From Eledone cirrhosa (Eukaryota), in the NCBI GenBank assembly GCA_964016885.1, contig OZ024744.1, positions 125,054,001 through 125,118,000 of the forward strand: a DNA stretch of 64,000 bases, given 5' to 3'. This document shows positions 33,008 to 47,300 of the stretch, piece after piece; within the stretch, counting starts at the first letter, position 1, and the number at the start of each line of letters is the position of its first letter. A program made the translations under genes and the position numbers. The notes beneath the pieces were generated by a model that was not told the DNA's origin, ran no database searches, and saw only the letters and a list, made by a program, of their open reading frames with translations.

Positions 33008-33880
33008 GCCCTTACCCTAACCCCAACCTCTTTGGTTTTCGTTTTCTCGACGGCTAGCCGCATTTCGTGATCCGCCTTTCGATTGCGCTTCCGTCGCGGC
33101 AAAAGAATTGCCTTTCCAGACCGCCGTCGCCCGACCGGACCCATGATAGAAGACGTTCGTTACCGTTGGAGCAACGCAAATTACTCCTCGGTTGACGCCA
33201 AAAACGAACGCCTTCCCGCCTCGCGCCGCCTTCTCCTCGCCGACCCTCGGCCTCGACGATTAGCCACTTTCCGTCACAGCAGTAGATACGCGTCCGTCGT
33301 AATAGCCGTCATTTTAACGCAGGAGAAACGCCTAATTGCCCTGCACCGCGTTTGACGGCGATCTACGACGGCGACGATGCGCGCACTCTTCCTTGCTGCG
33401 ACGAAGGTTTCGGCTTTTCGTCGTGGACCCGGTCAGGTCATGCCGCTGACCTCGCGTTACGGCGACGCGAGAAGACGTTCGTTACCGCTGGAGCAACGCA
33501 AATTACTCCTCGGTTGACGCCAAAAACGAACGCCTCGCGCCGCCGCTTCCTCCTCGGCCTCGACGATTAGCCGCTTTCCGTCACAGCAGTAGATACGCGT
33601 CCATCGTAATAGCCGTCATTTTAACGCAGGAGAAACGCCTTGACGACGATATACGACGGGTCGACGACGCGCGCACTCTTTCTGCTGCGACGAAGGTTTT
33701 GGCTTTTCGTTGTGGACCCGGTCGGGTCATGCCTCTGACCTCGCGTTGCGTCGCCACCGCCGCGGCGGGCTTGGGTTTAGCCGTAGCTACCCTCGTTTTG
33801 CCAACGGCGACGCGAGAAGACGTTCGTTACCGCTGGAGCAACGCAAATTACTCCTCGGATGAGGCCAAAAACGAACGCTG
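33008..33880 (+). repeat. Diverged, rearranged paralog of the telomeric-repeat + spacer/ETS-like block (5640-6960), with no 18S following
   Basis: ccctaaccccaacc followed by ttctcgacggctagccgcatttcg. The motif gaagacgttcgttaccgctggagcaacgcaaattactcctcgg (or a 1 nt variant) occurs at ~33149, 33471 and 33816; cgtcacagcagtag occurs twice. Confidence 0.9.
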
Positions 33881-33957
33881 AAGAGATATTGTCCATGGAT
33901 ATCGGGAATTTTACCCGCCCTAGATAGATAGATAGATAGGGATGTATGTATGTATGT

Positions 33958-33999
<42 letters not shown>

Positions 34000-34378
34000 G
34001 TATGTATCTTTCTCATTCTCTCTGTATGTATGTATGTATGTATATATATATAATTATATATTTATAGACATCCTGAAAGCTTTTTAAATGTCTGAGAGAT
34101 TGGCTAAATATGTTTTGCAGGTATGACCAGTAAGAGAGAGGTAAGTTATTTCAAAACAATTCTTTGACCATTATTTTAAGGTACTATCTCAGTGTATTTT
34201 TAAATTGACCTCTTGATAGGATGAAATGACCTGTATAATTTTTTTCATATTTAGATGGAATAGAAGAAAAACAAGAAAAATGAAATGAATTCAAACAGAA
34301 AATATACACCAATGCCAATGGAGGTATGATTTCAGTTTAATCTTAACCTAATGACCACTTTACAGAGTGTACTGGATA

Positions 34379-34461
<83 letters not shown>

Positions 34462-34759
34462 AGGAAGCTCCAACCGTTAAGGTTGTCTTTCCATTTATTA
34501 ATATATTGTGTATTTACTCCACTAAACTGTTGAGTGCTTTATATCAGTTATAAAAAAATTTCAGCTTGTTGAATCCCAAAATAGTTGTTGAAACAGCCAC
34601 AGCTCAGCCGTCGGGGTCCTGAATATTTATCATATATATATACGTATGAGTGTGTGTGTTTTGAGAATTAATAATTATATAAACAAGTTTGTAATGAACA
34701 ATTTATTTCTTATCAAAACTGTATAAACATGATATTATTTACAGTAAGAATAACAATAA

Positions 34760-35408
34760 TAATGATGGTTTCTAGTAAAGGTGGAAGGCCAGTAATTTGG
34801 GGGAGGGGAAAGTTGATTAAATCGAAGAGAGAAAGAAAGAAAAAACAGAACGGGAAGGAGAGGGGATGGCAAGAGGTCCGGTGTCGCAGGAGAGAGGGGA
34901 GGGTGGTTGAGCTTTGAGTCTAGGGCAAGAGGGCAGAAATGCTGCGCCCCACGGATAAGACGGCAAAAATATTCTCGCGGACGATGGCCAGAGATACCCA
35001 ATGCAACAACCACCCAACCTCGCGGTGTTCCCTCCTCAGATGGGCTGCTGACTCTCCGATCTTTTGGAGGAGCTCGGCAGTACAAGGTCCAAGTACTCCT
35101 GGGGTCTCGACGTTGACTGGTGCAGAGAGGAAGTGGCCGGACAATCCTCGGTATTTGTTTATTTTACGTTCTTCTGCGAGGTGGGCTGCGATGCCGGGGT
35201 TTGTGACCGAAACGACTTGGAAACGAAGTTGTAGGCGGAGATTGTGTCGTAGCTGGTGGTGTCCCAGATGAGGGACCTACGTCCTTCGAATGGGAAGAGA
35301 GTGATTCCGTCGGGGCGCTTGCCATCTCCGGGACCTGTTGGCCCCAGTTGTGATGGGAAGCCAGCTGCGTCCAGGCTTCTTCTCAATATGTCGTTGACAA
35401 CGACGTGT
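34760..35408 (-). pseudogene. CRE-like non-LTR retrotransposon 3' fragment (restriction-like endonuclease), frameshifted
   Basis: HVVVNDILRRSL..DGKRPDGITLFPF..GRRSLIWDTT..DT and VETPGVLGP...SLAIVRENIFAVL. These resemble CRE-clade RPDG/WD.T/ETLG/QRGNA motifs. Confidence 0.75.
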
Positions 35409-37684
35409 ATCTATTCAATAATTATTTGAATATTGAAATTTTAGGTTTAACTACCTTTTAAACCAAATACATTAAGAAAGGCATGACCAACACCACATCA
35501 TTTTTATTTCTATTTTGAAAGTAGGTTTATAAGTATTAAATTTCAGTAGATTCTTATATCCTTCATGGTGGTCTGGTGGGAGATACGAGAGATGGTGGAG
35601 GTTCTGGTCTGGGGTTCAATCCTGCTCAGGAGATACTCTAAGGGGGTTCATACTAAACTTCTTCAGTGTTTCTTATCTCTAGAGACAAATATATATACAT
35701 AAGGTAATCTGGTAAAGTTGTTAGAACATCACATAGAATTCTTTGTAGTATTTTTTCCAGTTCTTCAATCTGAGTTCAACTTTACTTTTCTTCCATTCGG
35801 GGTTGATAATAACGTACCAGTCAAATACTAGGGGTTAATTCTTCCTCTATATCTCTTTCTCACTCTCTGTCTGTTTTATTAAGACCTGGAGAGGTGATGT
35901 ACTCTACCAGGTTTTATAATGAGTGATGGGGTCATACCTGCCTGCTACACCTCTGTGTACTAAGTGTAGCATATTATATCCTTGTTCAGGGCCTTCCTGA
36001 CATTACTGTGTACTAAGGGTAGCATTTTATATCCTTGTTCAGGGCCATCTTAACATTGCTGTGTACTAAGTGTAGCATATTATATCCTTGTTCGGGGCCT
36101 TCCTGACATTAGTGTGTACTGAGTGTAGATTTTAACATCCTTGTTCTGGGCCTTCCTAACATTACTGTGTACTGAGTGTAGATTTTAACATCTTTGTTCA
36201 GAGCCTTCCTTACATTACTGTGTACTAAGTGTAGCATTTCATATACTTGTTCTGGGCCTTCCTAACGTTACTGTGGAAATAGTAGTTTATATCCAATATG
36301 TAATATAGATATGGATTCTACAGGACTAAAACTCATTAATATGAGGGGTATTAGTAGATTATATGCCATATTTAATAGAGAAATGGCTTCTACAAGACTA
36401 AAACTCATTAATATGAGGGGTATTACAGTTTATATGCCATATTTAATACAGAAATGGCTTCTAAAGGACTAGAACTCTTTAAATTGAATAAAATAGTAGT
36501 ATATATCCTATGTTTAATACAGAAATGCCTTCTAAAGGACTCATTAATATGAGGGTATTAGTAGATTATATAACATATTTAATACAGAAATGGCTTTTAA
36601 ATTCAGGGACTCGTTAATTTGATGGAAATAGTAGTGTCTATGCAATATTTAATACAGAAATAGCTTCTACAGGACTAAAACTAATTAATATGAGGGGTAT
36701 TAGTAGTATATGTGCCATATTTAATACAGAGATGGCTTCTAAATGGAGGTATCTCATTAATTCGATTGAAATGGTAGTGTATATGCAATATTTAATACAG
36801 AAATAGCTTCTACAAGAATAAAACTCATTAATATGAAGGTTATTATTACATTATATGCCATATTTAATACAGAAATCGGTTCTAAAGGACTAGAACTCTT
36901 TAATTCAAATCAAATAGTAGTATAAAGCAATATTTACTACAGAAATGGCTTCTACAAGACTAAAAATCCTTAATATGAGGGGTATTGTTAGATTATATAC
37001 CATATTTAATACAGAAATGGCTTCTAAATGAAGAAATCTCTTTAATTCGATAGTAATAGTAATAATACAGCCAATTTTCCACGCAATACTTTTAGTTAGC
37101 ACCCCGAACGCATAATTGGGAATATAATCACTTATTTCCTAATGTTTGTTGAGTGAGTTGGGAAAAAAAACTTGGGAAATATATTTTCAGGGTCTCAAAA
37201 TCTTAAAGAGAAAAAAAAGTCCTGTGGAAGGTAGCAAAACAATTAGGAAGAAAATGGTTTGAAGTTGGTTGGTGAGTATAAGATTACAGTATCTTGTTGA
37301 TTTCTATAAAGTTTACTTTTAACTGAATTGGTAAAAATGGATAAATTAGAAGACACAATATAATAACTAATATTGTCTTCTAAAACAGGGAATAAAAATA
37401 TGTTGGTGTATTGGGGGGGGGGGGGTAAACATGTGAGTTAATGGGAATGTTTTTGTTTGTTTTTATTGAAACATATTCAATCTACAGATAGGTTGTTATA
37501 GTTATTTAGTCTCGGGTCTGCCATTATCTGCAGATTTATAATTGAGGGGTGTTCCAGGTGTGACCACCCTACATTATTCCTAGAGATTGTTACTCCTTCA
37601 TTCTTCAGTCATCTTGGTCTTCTTATGAGATGGTGGTGTAGTCTTATTTATTGTTAAGGTTATGGTCTTCCTTTGTCCACACTC

Positions 37685-37722
<38 letters not shown>

Positions 37723-39281
37723 AAAGGCTTCCTTCTCTGGAAAAAGATGATTTAATATTCACAACCATCTGTCTAATTGTTTTCTGATGAGAATAAAGTT
37801 AATCTTGCTTGTATGTCTACCTGATCAAATGACTGGCTGATATCTTGAAGTCATTTACACCACAGAACTGTAGGAGTCTTGATCCCTCAAGCCATACCTC
37901 TAGCCATCATGTACTCCAAAAGAGTCTCACCTTGGTGCTACTCAACATGTCCATTAAATTTAGCAGCAAGGATGCCCTCTTCTTAGTGAGAGACAACTAC
38001 AAGAGAGGTTCTTAGAGAAGAATAAGCCACTATAGTTAACTTTTGTTGACATAGAGAACCCCGATCTGTCATCTGGTGGTCCTTAAGGAAACTAGGTGTA
38101 GGGGAATGGCTTGTGAGGACAGTGCAAGCTATGTACAAGGGTGCTGTCAGTAAAGTGAGAGGAGGAATTCCAGAAACAAAGTAGGTGTACATCAGGGTTC
38201 GGTCCTCAGTCCGCTCTTGTTCATTATAGTCCTCCCTCCCTCCCTCCCTCCCTCCCTCCCTCCAAGCCATAACAGAGGAGGAGTAGTTTAAGACTGGATG
38301 CCCATGGGAACTTCTCTATGCTGACGATCTGGTTCTTATAGCAGAATCAGTAGAGGAGCTAGCTAGAGAATAAATTCTGGCTATGGAAACAGCAGTAGTT
38401 GGAATCAAGAAGACTGAGAGTGAACCTAGCTAAGACAAAAGTGTTTATAAGTAGAAGAGAGGACAAAACTCTGATTCTGTCAGGGAAATGGCCATGTTCG
38501 ATATGTAGGAAAGGAGTTGGCATAAATTCTATGAAATGTAGTACGCAATGCAGATCTTGGCTACACAAGAGATGTAGTGGGATAGCAGGAAAACTGACTG
38601 ACAGGTAGGGAGAAATACGTATGCAGTAGATGTACAGGGAAATTTGACAGAGATTGCAGTGATAGACACATTTTTCAAATGCAGGTGGGATCTATAGAGG
38701 GAGTTGATAGCTTCTGATACCTAGGTGATCAGATTAGTAAGGGAGGAGGGTGATATAAAATATATTGTTATCATGACTGTCTTTATTATTTAAATTACCT
38801 CTGTCTATTTACAGATTTTACAGAGTGTACTGGGTGCTTTTATGATGGGAGCAGCAACTCTATACGATTTTACAGAGTGTACTTGGTGCTTTTATCATGG
38901 CACATGGCAGCAGCAGCAGCAGCAACTACGATTTTACAGAGTGTACTTGGTGCTTTTTACTCTGACATCAGCACTGAGGAAGTTGTCATATTTTCAGCTA
39001 AATTAATGAGTAGAAAAACCAAGTTTCTGCTACAAAAAATTCTCAGATTCAAGGGAGACATTCAGTTTAAGTATGGTATACTGTCACTAAGGCAGCAAAT
39101 TGGCAGAGTCGCTAGAATATCAGATAGCATTCTTTACATTATTTGTTTCAGCTCTCTGTTCTCTCAATTCAAATCCTGCTCAGGTCAACTTTGCCTTTCA
39201 TCCATACAAAATAGATTAATAAAAGTACCAGTGTATTACTGGGGTCAATTCTTCTTCTAACTCTTCTGCACTTCCATTCTC

Positions 39282-39352
<71 letters not shown>

Positions 39353-39999
39353 GCTTCTTTAGAACACATCTGCTGTATTCAGACCTGGAGCGGAGATGGG
39401 CTCCACCAAGTTTTAAAAATTGCCCTTTAAGCGCTGTATGTCAATATGGTGCCCCTATGATTCCCTCCCTCAGGAGTTATGGGACCATAGATACTGTCAA
39501 TTGTAAAGAATAACAGAGATATTCAGTGCTAGTGTGGTGTTCTGTCAGTTGTGGAGATTGATGAATCTAAACAGAAATATCAACAGCACTTTTCATTTCT
39601 GAGTAACACATTTGTTACCAAGTGCTGCATGGCTGGAATGAAAATCAGTGCTGTGAAAACCAAGACATTCATCCTCTCAAGGAAGCTTGTGCAGTGCACT
39701 CTACATGTAAATGGAGTCCCACTGAAGCAGGTAGAAAAGTTCATGTATCTCGAAGCTGTGTTCACGAGTGATGACAGAGACGGCAAAGGCACAACACACA
39801 ACAGAAGAAAAGAACAATGACAATTATTATTATTATTATTATTATTATTATTTGTTTTATTAGTTTTATTATAATAAAAATTGTGCTGTTAGTTTGCTTG
39901 CTATACCATCATGTACCCTAACCCTAAACCTAACCCCAACTCCAACTCTGACCCTAAACCTAACCCCAACCCCAACCCTAACCCTAACCCTAACCCTAA

Positions 40000-40758
40000 C
40001 CCACGATAGAAGACGTTCGTTACCGCTGGAGCAACGCAAATTACTCCTCGGTTGACGCCAAAAACGAACGCCTTCTCGACGGCTAGCCGCATTTCGTGAT
40101 CCGCCTTTCGATTGCGCTTCCGTCGCGGAAAAAGAATTGCCTTTATAGGCCGCCGCCGCCGCCCGACCGGACCCACGATAGAAGACGTTCGTTACCGCTG
40201 GAGCAACGCAAATTACTCCTCGGTTGACGCCAAAAACGAACGCCTTCTCGACGGCTAGCCGCATTTCGTGATCCGCCTTTCGATTGCGCTTCCGTCGCGG
40301 AAAAAGAATTGCCTTTATAGGCCGCCGCCGCCCGACCGGACCCACGATAGAAGACGTTCGTTACCGCTGGAGCAACGCAAATTACTCCTCGGTTGACGCC
40401 AAAAACGAACGCCTTCTCGACGGCTAGCCGCATTTCGTGATCCGCCTTTCGATTGCGCTTCCGTCGCGGAAAAATAAATTGCCTTTATAGGCCGCCGCCG
40501 CCCGACCGGACCCACGATAGAAGACGTTCGTTACCGCTGGAGCAACGCAAATTACTCCTCGGTTGACGCCAAAAACGAACGCCTTCTCGACGGCTAGCCG
40601 CATTTCGTGATCCGCCTTTCGATTGCGCTTCCGTCGCGGAAAAAGAATTGCCTTTATAGGCCGCCGCCGCCGCCCGACCGGACCCACGATAGAAGACGTT
40701 CGTTACCGCTGGAGCAACGCAAATTACTCCTCGGTTGACGCCAAAAACGAACGCCTTC
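40000..40758 (+). repeat. 169-172 bp spacer-like repeats, copy 2 (4 full + 1 partial)
   Basis: cccacgatag at 40000, 40172, 40341, 40511 and 40683. Confidence 0.9.
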
Positions 40759-41115
40759 CGGTTCGGGCGACGTAAAAGTCTGTAGCCTTTTCGCCGATCC
40801 TCGACGATTATCCGCCTTCCGAACAACCGCCTTTCCGCCGTCACAGCAGTAGGTACTCGTCCGTCGTAATAGCCGTCATTTTAATGCAGGAGAAACGCCT
40901 AAATGCACTGCGATTGACGACGATCTACGACGCGCTTACTCTTCCTTGCTGCGACGAAGGTTTCGTTCGGCTTTTCGTCGTGGACCCGGTCAGGTCATGC
41001 CGCTGATCTCGCGTTGCGTCGTTACCGCTGGAGCAACGCAAATTACTCCTCGTTTAACGCCAACATCGAACGCGCTTCGGTTCTCGGTCGTCGTTGTTTT
41101 GTTTCGTGCGGAAGA

Positions 41116-41301
41116 TACCTGGGTGATCCTGCCAGTAGTCATATGCTTGTCTCAAAGCTTAAGCCATGCAAGTGGAAGTTCATGCCGTAAACGAAAATGG
41201 TGAAACCGCGAATGGCTCAGGAACCGGATCTAATCCTCGGGACCGTATTCCTCACCGCGAGGAGAGGATAACTGTGGCAATTCTAGAGCTAATACATGCA
41301 A
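41116..41301 (+). pseudogene. 18S rRNA 5' fragment, copy 2
   Basis: Same sequence as 7015-7200. Confidence 0.95.
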
Positions 41302-44300
41302 TTGAGATCGGAGAGGGAGCGATCCGTCTGCTTGATTCCGATAACGAACGAGACATTCGTATCCGAAAGAACGTTTGTCTGGAAACTGGTGCAGTCAGTG
41401 AGTCGAAAAAAAAATATCTCGGTGGTAGTAGCAAATATTCGAACGAGACATTCGTATGCGAAAGAACGTTTGTCGGTGGTAGTAGCAAATATTCGAACGA
41501 GACATTCGTATGCGAAAGAACGTTTGTCTGGAAGTGGCGATCCATGCCCGGTGGATAGTTGGTTCCGGGTTTTACTATGATTGTTGCAAAACAGAAACTT
41601 AAAGGGATTGACAGAATTTGCGATTCCGGAGAGAGGGCGATCCGTCTGCTTGATTCCGATAACGAACGAGACATTCGTATCCGAAAGAACGTTTGTCTGG
41701 AAACTGGTGAGTCAGTGAGTCGAAAAAAAAATATCTCGGTGGTAGTAGCAAATATTCGTATGCGAAAGAAAAGATCTCGGTGGTAGTAGCAAATATTCGA
41801 ACGAGACATTCGTAGGCGAAAGAAAAATATCTCGGTGGTAGTAGCAAATATTCGAACGAGACATTCGTATGCGAAAGAACGTTTGTCGGTGGTAGTAGCA
41901 AATATTCGAACGAGACATTCGTATGCGAAAGAACGTTTGTCGGTGGTAGTAGCAAATATTCGAACGAGACATTCGTATGCGAAAGAACGTTTGTCTGGAA
42001 GTGGCGATCCATGCCCGGTGGATAGTTGGTTCCGGGTTTTACTATGATTGTTGCAAAACAGAAACTTAAAGGGATTGACAGAATTTGCGATTACGGAGAG
42101 GGGGCGATCCGTCTGCTTGATTCCGATAACGAACGAGACATTCGTATCCGAAAGAACGTTTGTCTGGAAACTGGTGAGTCAGTGAGTCGAAAAAAAAATA
42201 TCTCGGTGGTAGTGGCAAATATTCGAACGAGACATTCGTATGCGAAAGAACGTTTGTCGGTGGTAGTAGCAAATATTCGAACGAGACATTCGTATGCGAA
42301 AGAACGTTTGTCGGTGGTAGTAGCAAATATTCGAACGAGACATTCGTATGCGAAAGAACGTTTGTCTGGAAGTGGCGATCCATGCCCGGTGGATAGTTGG
42401 TTCCGGGTTTTACTATGATTGTTGCAAAACAGAAACTTAAAGGGATTGACAGAATTTGCGATTCCGGAGAGAGGGCGATCCGTCTGCTTGATTCCGATAA
42501 CGAACGAGACATTCGTATCCGAGAGAACGTTTGTCTGGAAACTGGTGAGTCAGTGAGTCGAAAAAAAAATATCTCGGTGGTAGTAGCAAATATTCGAACG
42601 AGACATTCGTATGCGAAAGAAAAATATCTCGGTGGTAGTAGCAAATATTCGAACGAGACATTCGTATGCGAAAGAACGTTTGTCTGGAAGTGGCGATCCA
42701 TGCCCGGTGGATAGTTGGTTCCGGGTTTTACTATGATTGTTGCAAAACAGAAACTTAAAGGGATTGACAGAATTTGCCATTCCGGAGAGGGGGCGATCCG
42801 TCTGCTTGATTCCGATAACGAACGAGACATTCGTATCCGAAAGAACGTTTGTCTGGAAACTGGTGAGTCAGTGAGTCGAAAAAAAAATATCTCGGTGGTA
42901 GTAGCAAATATTCGAACGAGACATTCGTATGCGAAAGAACGTTTGTCTGGAAGTGGCGATCCATGCTCGGTGGATAGTTGGTTCCGGGTTTTACTATGAT
43001 TGTTGCAAAACAGAAACTTAAAGGGATTGACAGAATTTGCGATTCCGGAGAGGGGGCGATCCGTCTGCTTGATTCCGATAACGAACGAGACATTCGTATC
43101 CGAAAGAACGTTTGTCTGGAAACTGGTGAGTCAGTGAGTCGAAAAAAAAATATCTCGGTGGTAGTAGCAAATATTCGTATGCGAAAGAAAAGATCTCGGT
43201 GGTAGTAGCAAATATTCGAACGAGACATTCGTAGGCGAAAGAAAAATATCTCGGTGGTAGTAGCAAATATTCGAACGAGACATTCGTATTCGAAAGAACG
43301 TTTGTCTGGAAGTTGCGATCCATGCCCGGTGGATAGTTGGTTCCGGGCTTTACTATGATTGTTGCAAAACAGAAACTTAAAGGGATTGACAGAATTTGCG
43401 ATTCCGGAGAGGGGGCGATCCGTCTGCTTGATTTCGATAACGAACGAGACATTCGTATCCGAAAGAACGTTTGTCTGGAAACTGGTGAGTCAGTGAGTCG
43501 AAAAAAAAAATATCTCGGTGGTAGTAGCAAATATTCGAACGAGACATTCGTATGCGAAAGAACGTTTGTCGGTGGTAGTAGCAAATATTCGAACGAGACA
43601 TTCGTATGCGAAAGAACGTTTGTCGGTGGTAGTAGCAAATATTCGAACGAGACATTCGTATGCGAAAGAACGTTTGTCTGGAAGTGGCGATCCATGCCCG
43701 GTGGATAGTTGGTTCCGGGTTTTACTATGATTGTTGCAAAACAGAAACTTAAAGGGATTGACAGAATTTGCGATTCCAGAGAGAGGGCGATCCGTCTGCT
43801 TGATTCCGATAACGAACGAGACATTCGTATCCGAAAGAACGTTTGTCTGGAAACTGGTGAGTCAGTGAGTCGAAAAAAAAATATCTCGGTGGTAGTAGCA
43901 AATATTCGAACGAGACATTCGTATGCGAAAGAACGTTTGTCGGTGGTAGTAGCAAATATTCGAACGAGACATTCGTATGCGAAAGAACGTTTGTCTGGAA
44001 GTGGCGATCCATGCCCGGTGGATAGTTGGTTCCGGGTTTTACTATGATTGTTGCAAAACAGAAACTTAAAGGGATTGACAGAATTTGCGATTCCGGAGAG
44101 GGGGCGATCCGTCTGCTTGATTCCGATAACGAACGAGACATTCGTATCCGAAAGAACGTTTGTCTGGAAACTGGTGAGTCAGTGAGTCGAAAAAAAAAAT
44201 ATCTCGGTGGTAGTAGCAAATATTCGAACAAGACATTCGTATGCGAAAGAAAAATATCTCGGTGGTAGTAGCAAATATTCGAACGAGACATTCGTATGCG

Positions 44301-47300
44301 AAAGAACGTTTGTCTGGAAGTGGCGATCCATGCCCGGTGGATAGTTGGTTCCGGGTTTTACTATGATTGTTGCAAAACAGAAACTTAAAGGGATTGACAG
44401 AATTTGCGATTCCGGAGAGGGGGCGATCCGTCTGCTTGATTCCGATAACGAACGAGACATTCGTATCCGAAAGAACGTTTGTCTGGAAACTGGTGAGTCA
44501 GTGAGTCGAAAAAAAAATATCTCGGTGGTAGTAGCAAATATTCGAACGAGACATTCGTATGCGAAAGAAAAATATCTCGGTGGTAGTAGCAAATATTCGA
44601 ACGAGACATTCGTATGCGAAAGAACGTTTGTCTGGAAGTGGCGATCCATGCCCGGTGGATAGTTGGTTCCGGGTTTTACTATGATTGTTGCAAAACAGAA
44701 ACTTAAAGGGATTGACAGGATTTGCGATTCCGGAGAGGGGGCGATCCGTCTGCTTGATTCCGATAACGAACGAGACATTCGTATCCGAAAGAACGTTTGT
44801 CTGGAAACTGGTGAGTCAGTGAGTCGAAAAAAAAATATCTCGGTGGTAGTAGCAAATATTCGTATGCGAAAGAAAAGATCTCGGTGGTAGTAGCAAATAT
44901 TCGAACGAGACATTCGTAGGCGAAAGAAAAATATCTCGGTGGTAGTAGCAAATATTCGAACGAGACATTCGTATTCGAAAGAACGTTTGTCTGGAAGTTG
45001 CGATCCATGCCCGGTGGATAGTTGGTTCCGGGCTTTACTATGATTGTTGCAAAACAGAAACTTAAAGGGATTGACAGAATTTGCGATTCCGGAGAGGGGG
45101 CGATCCGTCTGCTTGATTTCGATAACGAACGAGACATTCGTATCCGAAAGAACGTTTGTCTGGAAACTGGTGAGTCAGTGAGTCGAAAAAAAAAATATCT
45201 CGGTGGTAGTAGCAAATATTCGAACGAGACATTCGTATGCGAAAGAAAAATATCTCGGTGGTAGTAGCAAATATTCGAACGAGACATTCGTATGCGAAAG
45301 AACGTTTGTCTGGAAGTGGCGATCCATGCCCGGTGGATAGTTGGTTCCGGGTTTTACTATGATTGTTGCAAAACAGAAACTTAAAGGGATTGACAGAATT
45401 TGCGATTCCGGAGAGGGGGCGATCCGTCTGCTTGATTCCGATAACGAACGAGACATTCGTATCCGAAAGAACGTTTGTCTGGAAACTGGTGAGTCAGTGA
45501 GTCGAAAAAAAAAATATCTCGGTGGTAGTAGCAAATATTCGAACGAGACATTCGTATGCGAAAGAACGTTTGTCGGTGGTAGTAGCAAATATTCGAACGA
45601 GACATTCGTATGCGAAAGAACGTTTGTCGGTGGTAGTAGCAAATATTCGAACGAGACATTCGTATGCGAAAGAACGTTTGTCTGGAAGTGGCGATCCATG
45701 CCCGGTGGATAGTTGGTTCCGGGTTTTACTATGATTGTTGCAAAACAGAAACTTAAAGGGATTGACAGAATTTGCGATTCCGGAGAGAGGGCGATCCGTC
45801 TGCTTGATTCCGATAACGAACGAGACATTCGTATCCGAGAGAACGTTTGTCTGGAAACTGGTGAGTCAGTGAGTCGAAAAAAAAATATCTCGGTGGTAGT
45901 AGCAAATATTCGAACGAGACATTCGTATGCGAAAGAAAAATATCTCGGTGGTAGTAGCAAATATTCGAACGAGACATTCGTATGCGAAAGAACGTTTGTC
46001 TGGAAGTGGCGATCCATGCCCGGTGGATAGTTGGTTCCGGGTTTTACTATGATTGTTGCAAAACAGAAACTTAAAGGGATTGACAGAATTTGCCATTCCG
46101 GAGAGGGGGCGATCCGTCTGCTTGATTCCGATAACGAACGAGACATTCGTATCCGAAAGAACGTTTGTCTGGAAACTGGTGAGTCAGTGAGTCGAAAAAA
46201 AAATATCTCGGTGGTAGTAGCAAATATTCGAACGAGACATTCGTATGCGAAAGAACGTTTGTCGGTGGTAGTAGCAAATATTCGAACGAGACATTCGTAT
46301 GCGAAAGAACGTTTGTCGGTGGTAGTAGCAAATATTCGAACGAGACATTCGTATGCGAAAGAACGTTTGTCTGGAAGTGGCGATCCATGCCCGGTGGATA
46401 GTTGGTTCCGGGTTTTACTATGATTGTTGCAAAACAGAAACTTAAAGGGATTGACAGAATTTGCGATTCCGGAGAGAGGGCGATCCGTCTGCTTGATTCC
46501 GATAACGAACGAGACATTCGTATCCGAAAGAACGTTTGTCTGGAAACTGGTGAGTCAGTGAGTCGAAAAAAAAATATCTCGGTGGTAGTAGCAAATATTC
46601 GTATGCGAAAGAAAAGATCTCGGTGGTAGTAGCAAATATTCGAACGAGACATTCGTATGCGAAAGAACGTTTGTCTGGAAGTGGCGATCCATGCCCGGTG
46701 GATAGTTGGTTCCGGGTTTTACTATGATTGTTGCAAAACAGAAACTTAAAGGGATTGACAGAATTTGCGATTACGGAGAGGGGGCGATCCGTCTGCTTGA
46801 TTCCGATAACGAACGAGACATTCGTATCCGAAAGAACGTTTGTCTGGAAACTGGTGAGTCAGTGAGTCGAAAAAAAAATATCTCGGTGGTAGTAGCAAAT
46901 ATTCGAACGAGACATTCGTATGCGAAAGAACGTTTGTCGGTGGTAGTAGCAAATATTCGAACGAGACATTCGTATGCGAAAGAACGTTTGTCTGGAAGTG
47001 GCGATCCATGCCCGGTGGATAGTTGGTTCCGGGTTTTACTATGATTGTTGCAAAACAGAAACTTAAAGGGATTGACAGAATTTGCGATTACGGAGAGGGG
47101 GCGATCCGTCTGCTTGATTCCGATAACGAACGAGACATTCGTATCCGAAAGAACGTTTGTCTGGAAACTGGTGAGTCAGTGAGTCGAAAAAAAAAATATC
47201 TCGGTGGTAGTAGCAAATATTCGAACGAGACATTCGTATGCGAAAGAACGTTTGTCGGTGGTAGTAGCAAATATTCGAACGAGACATTCGTATGCGAAAG

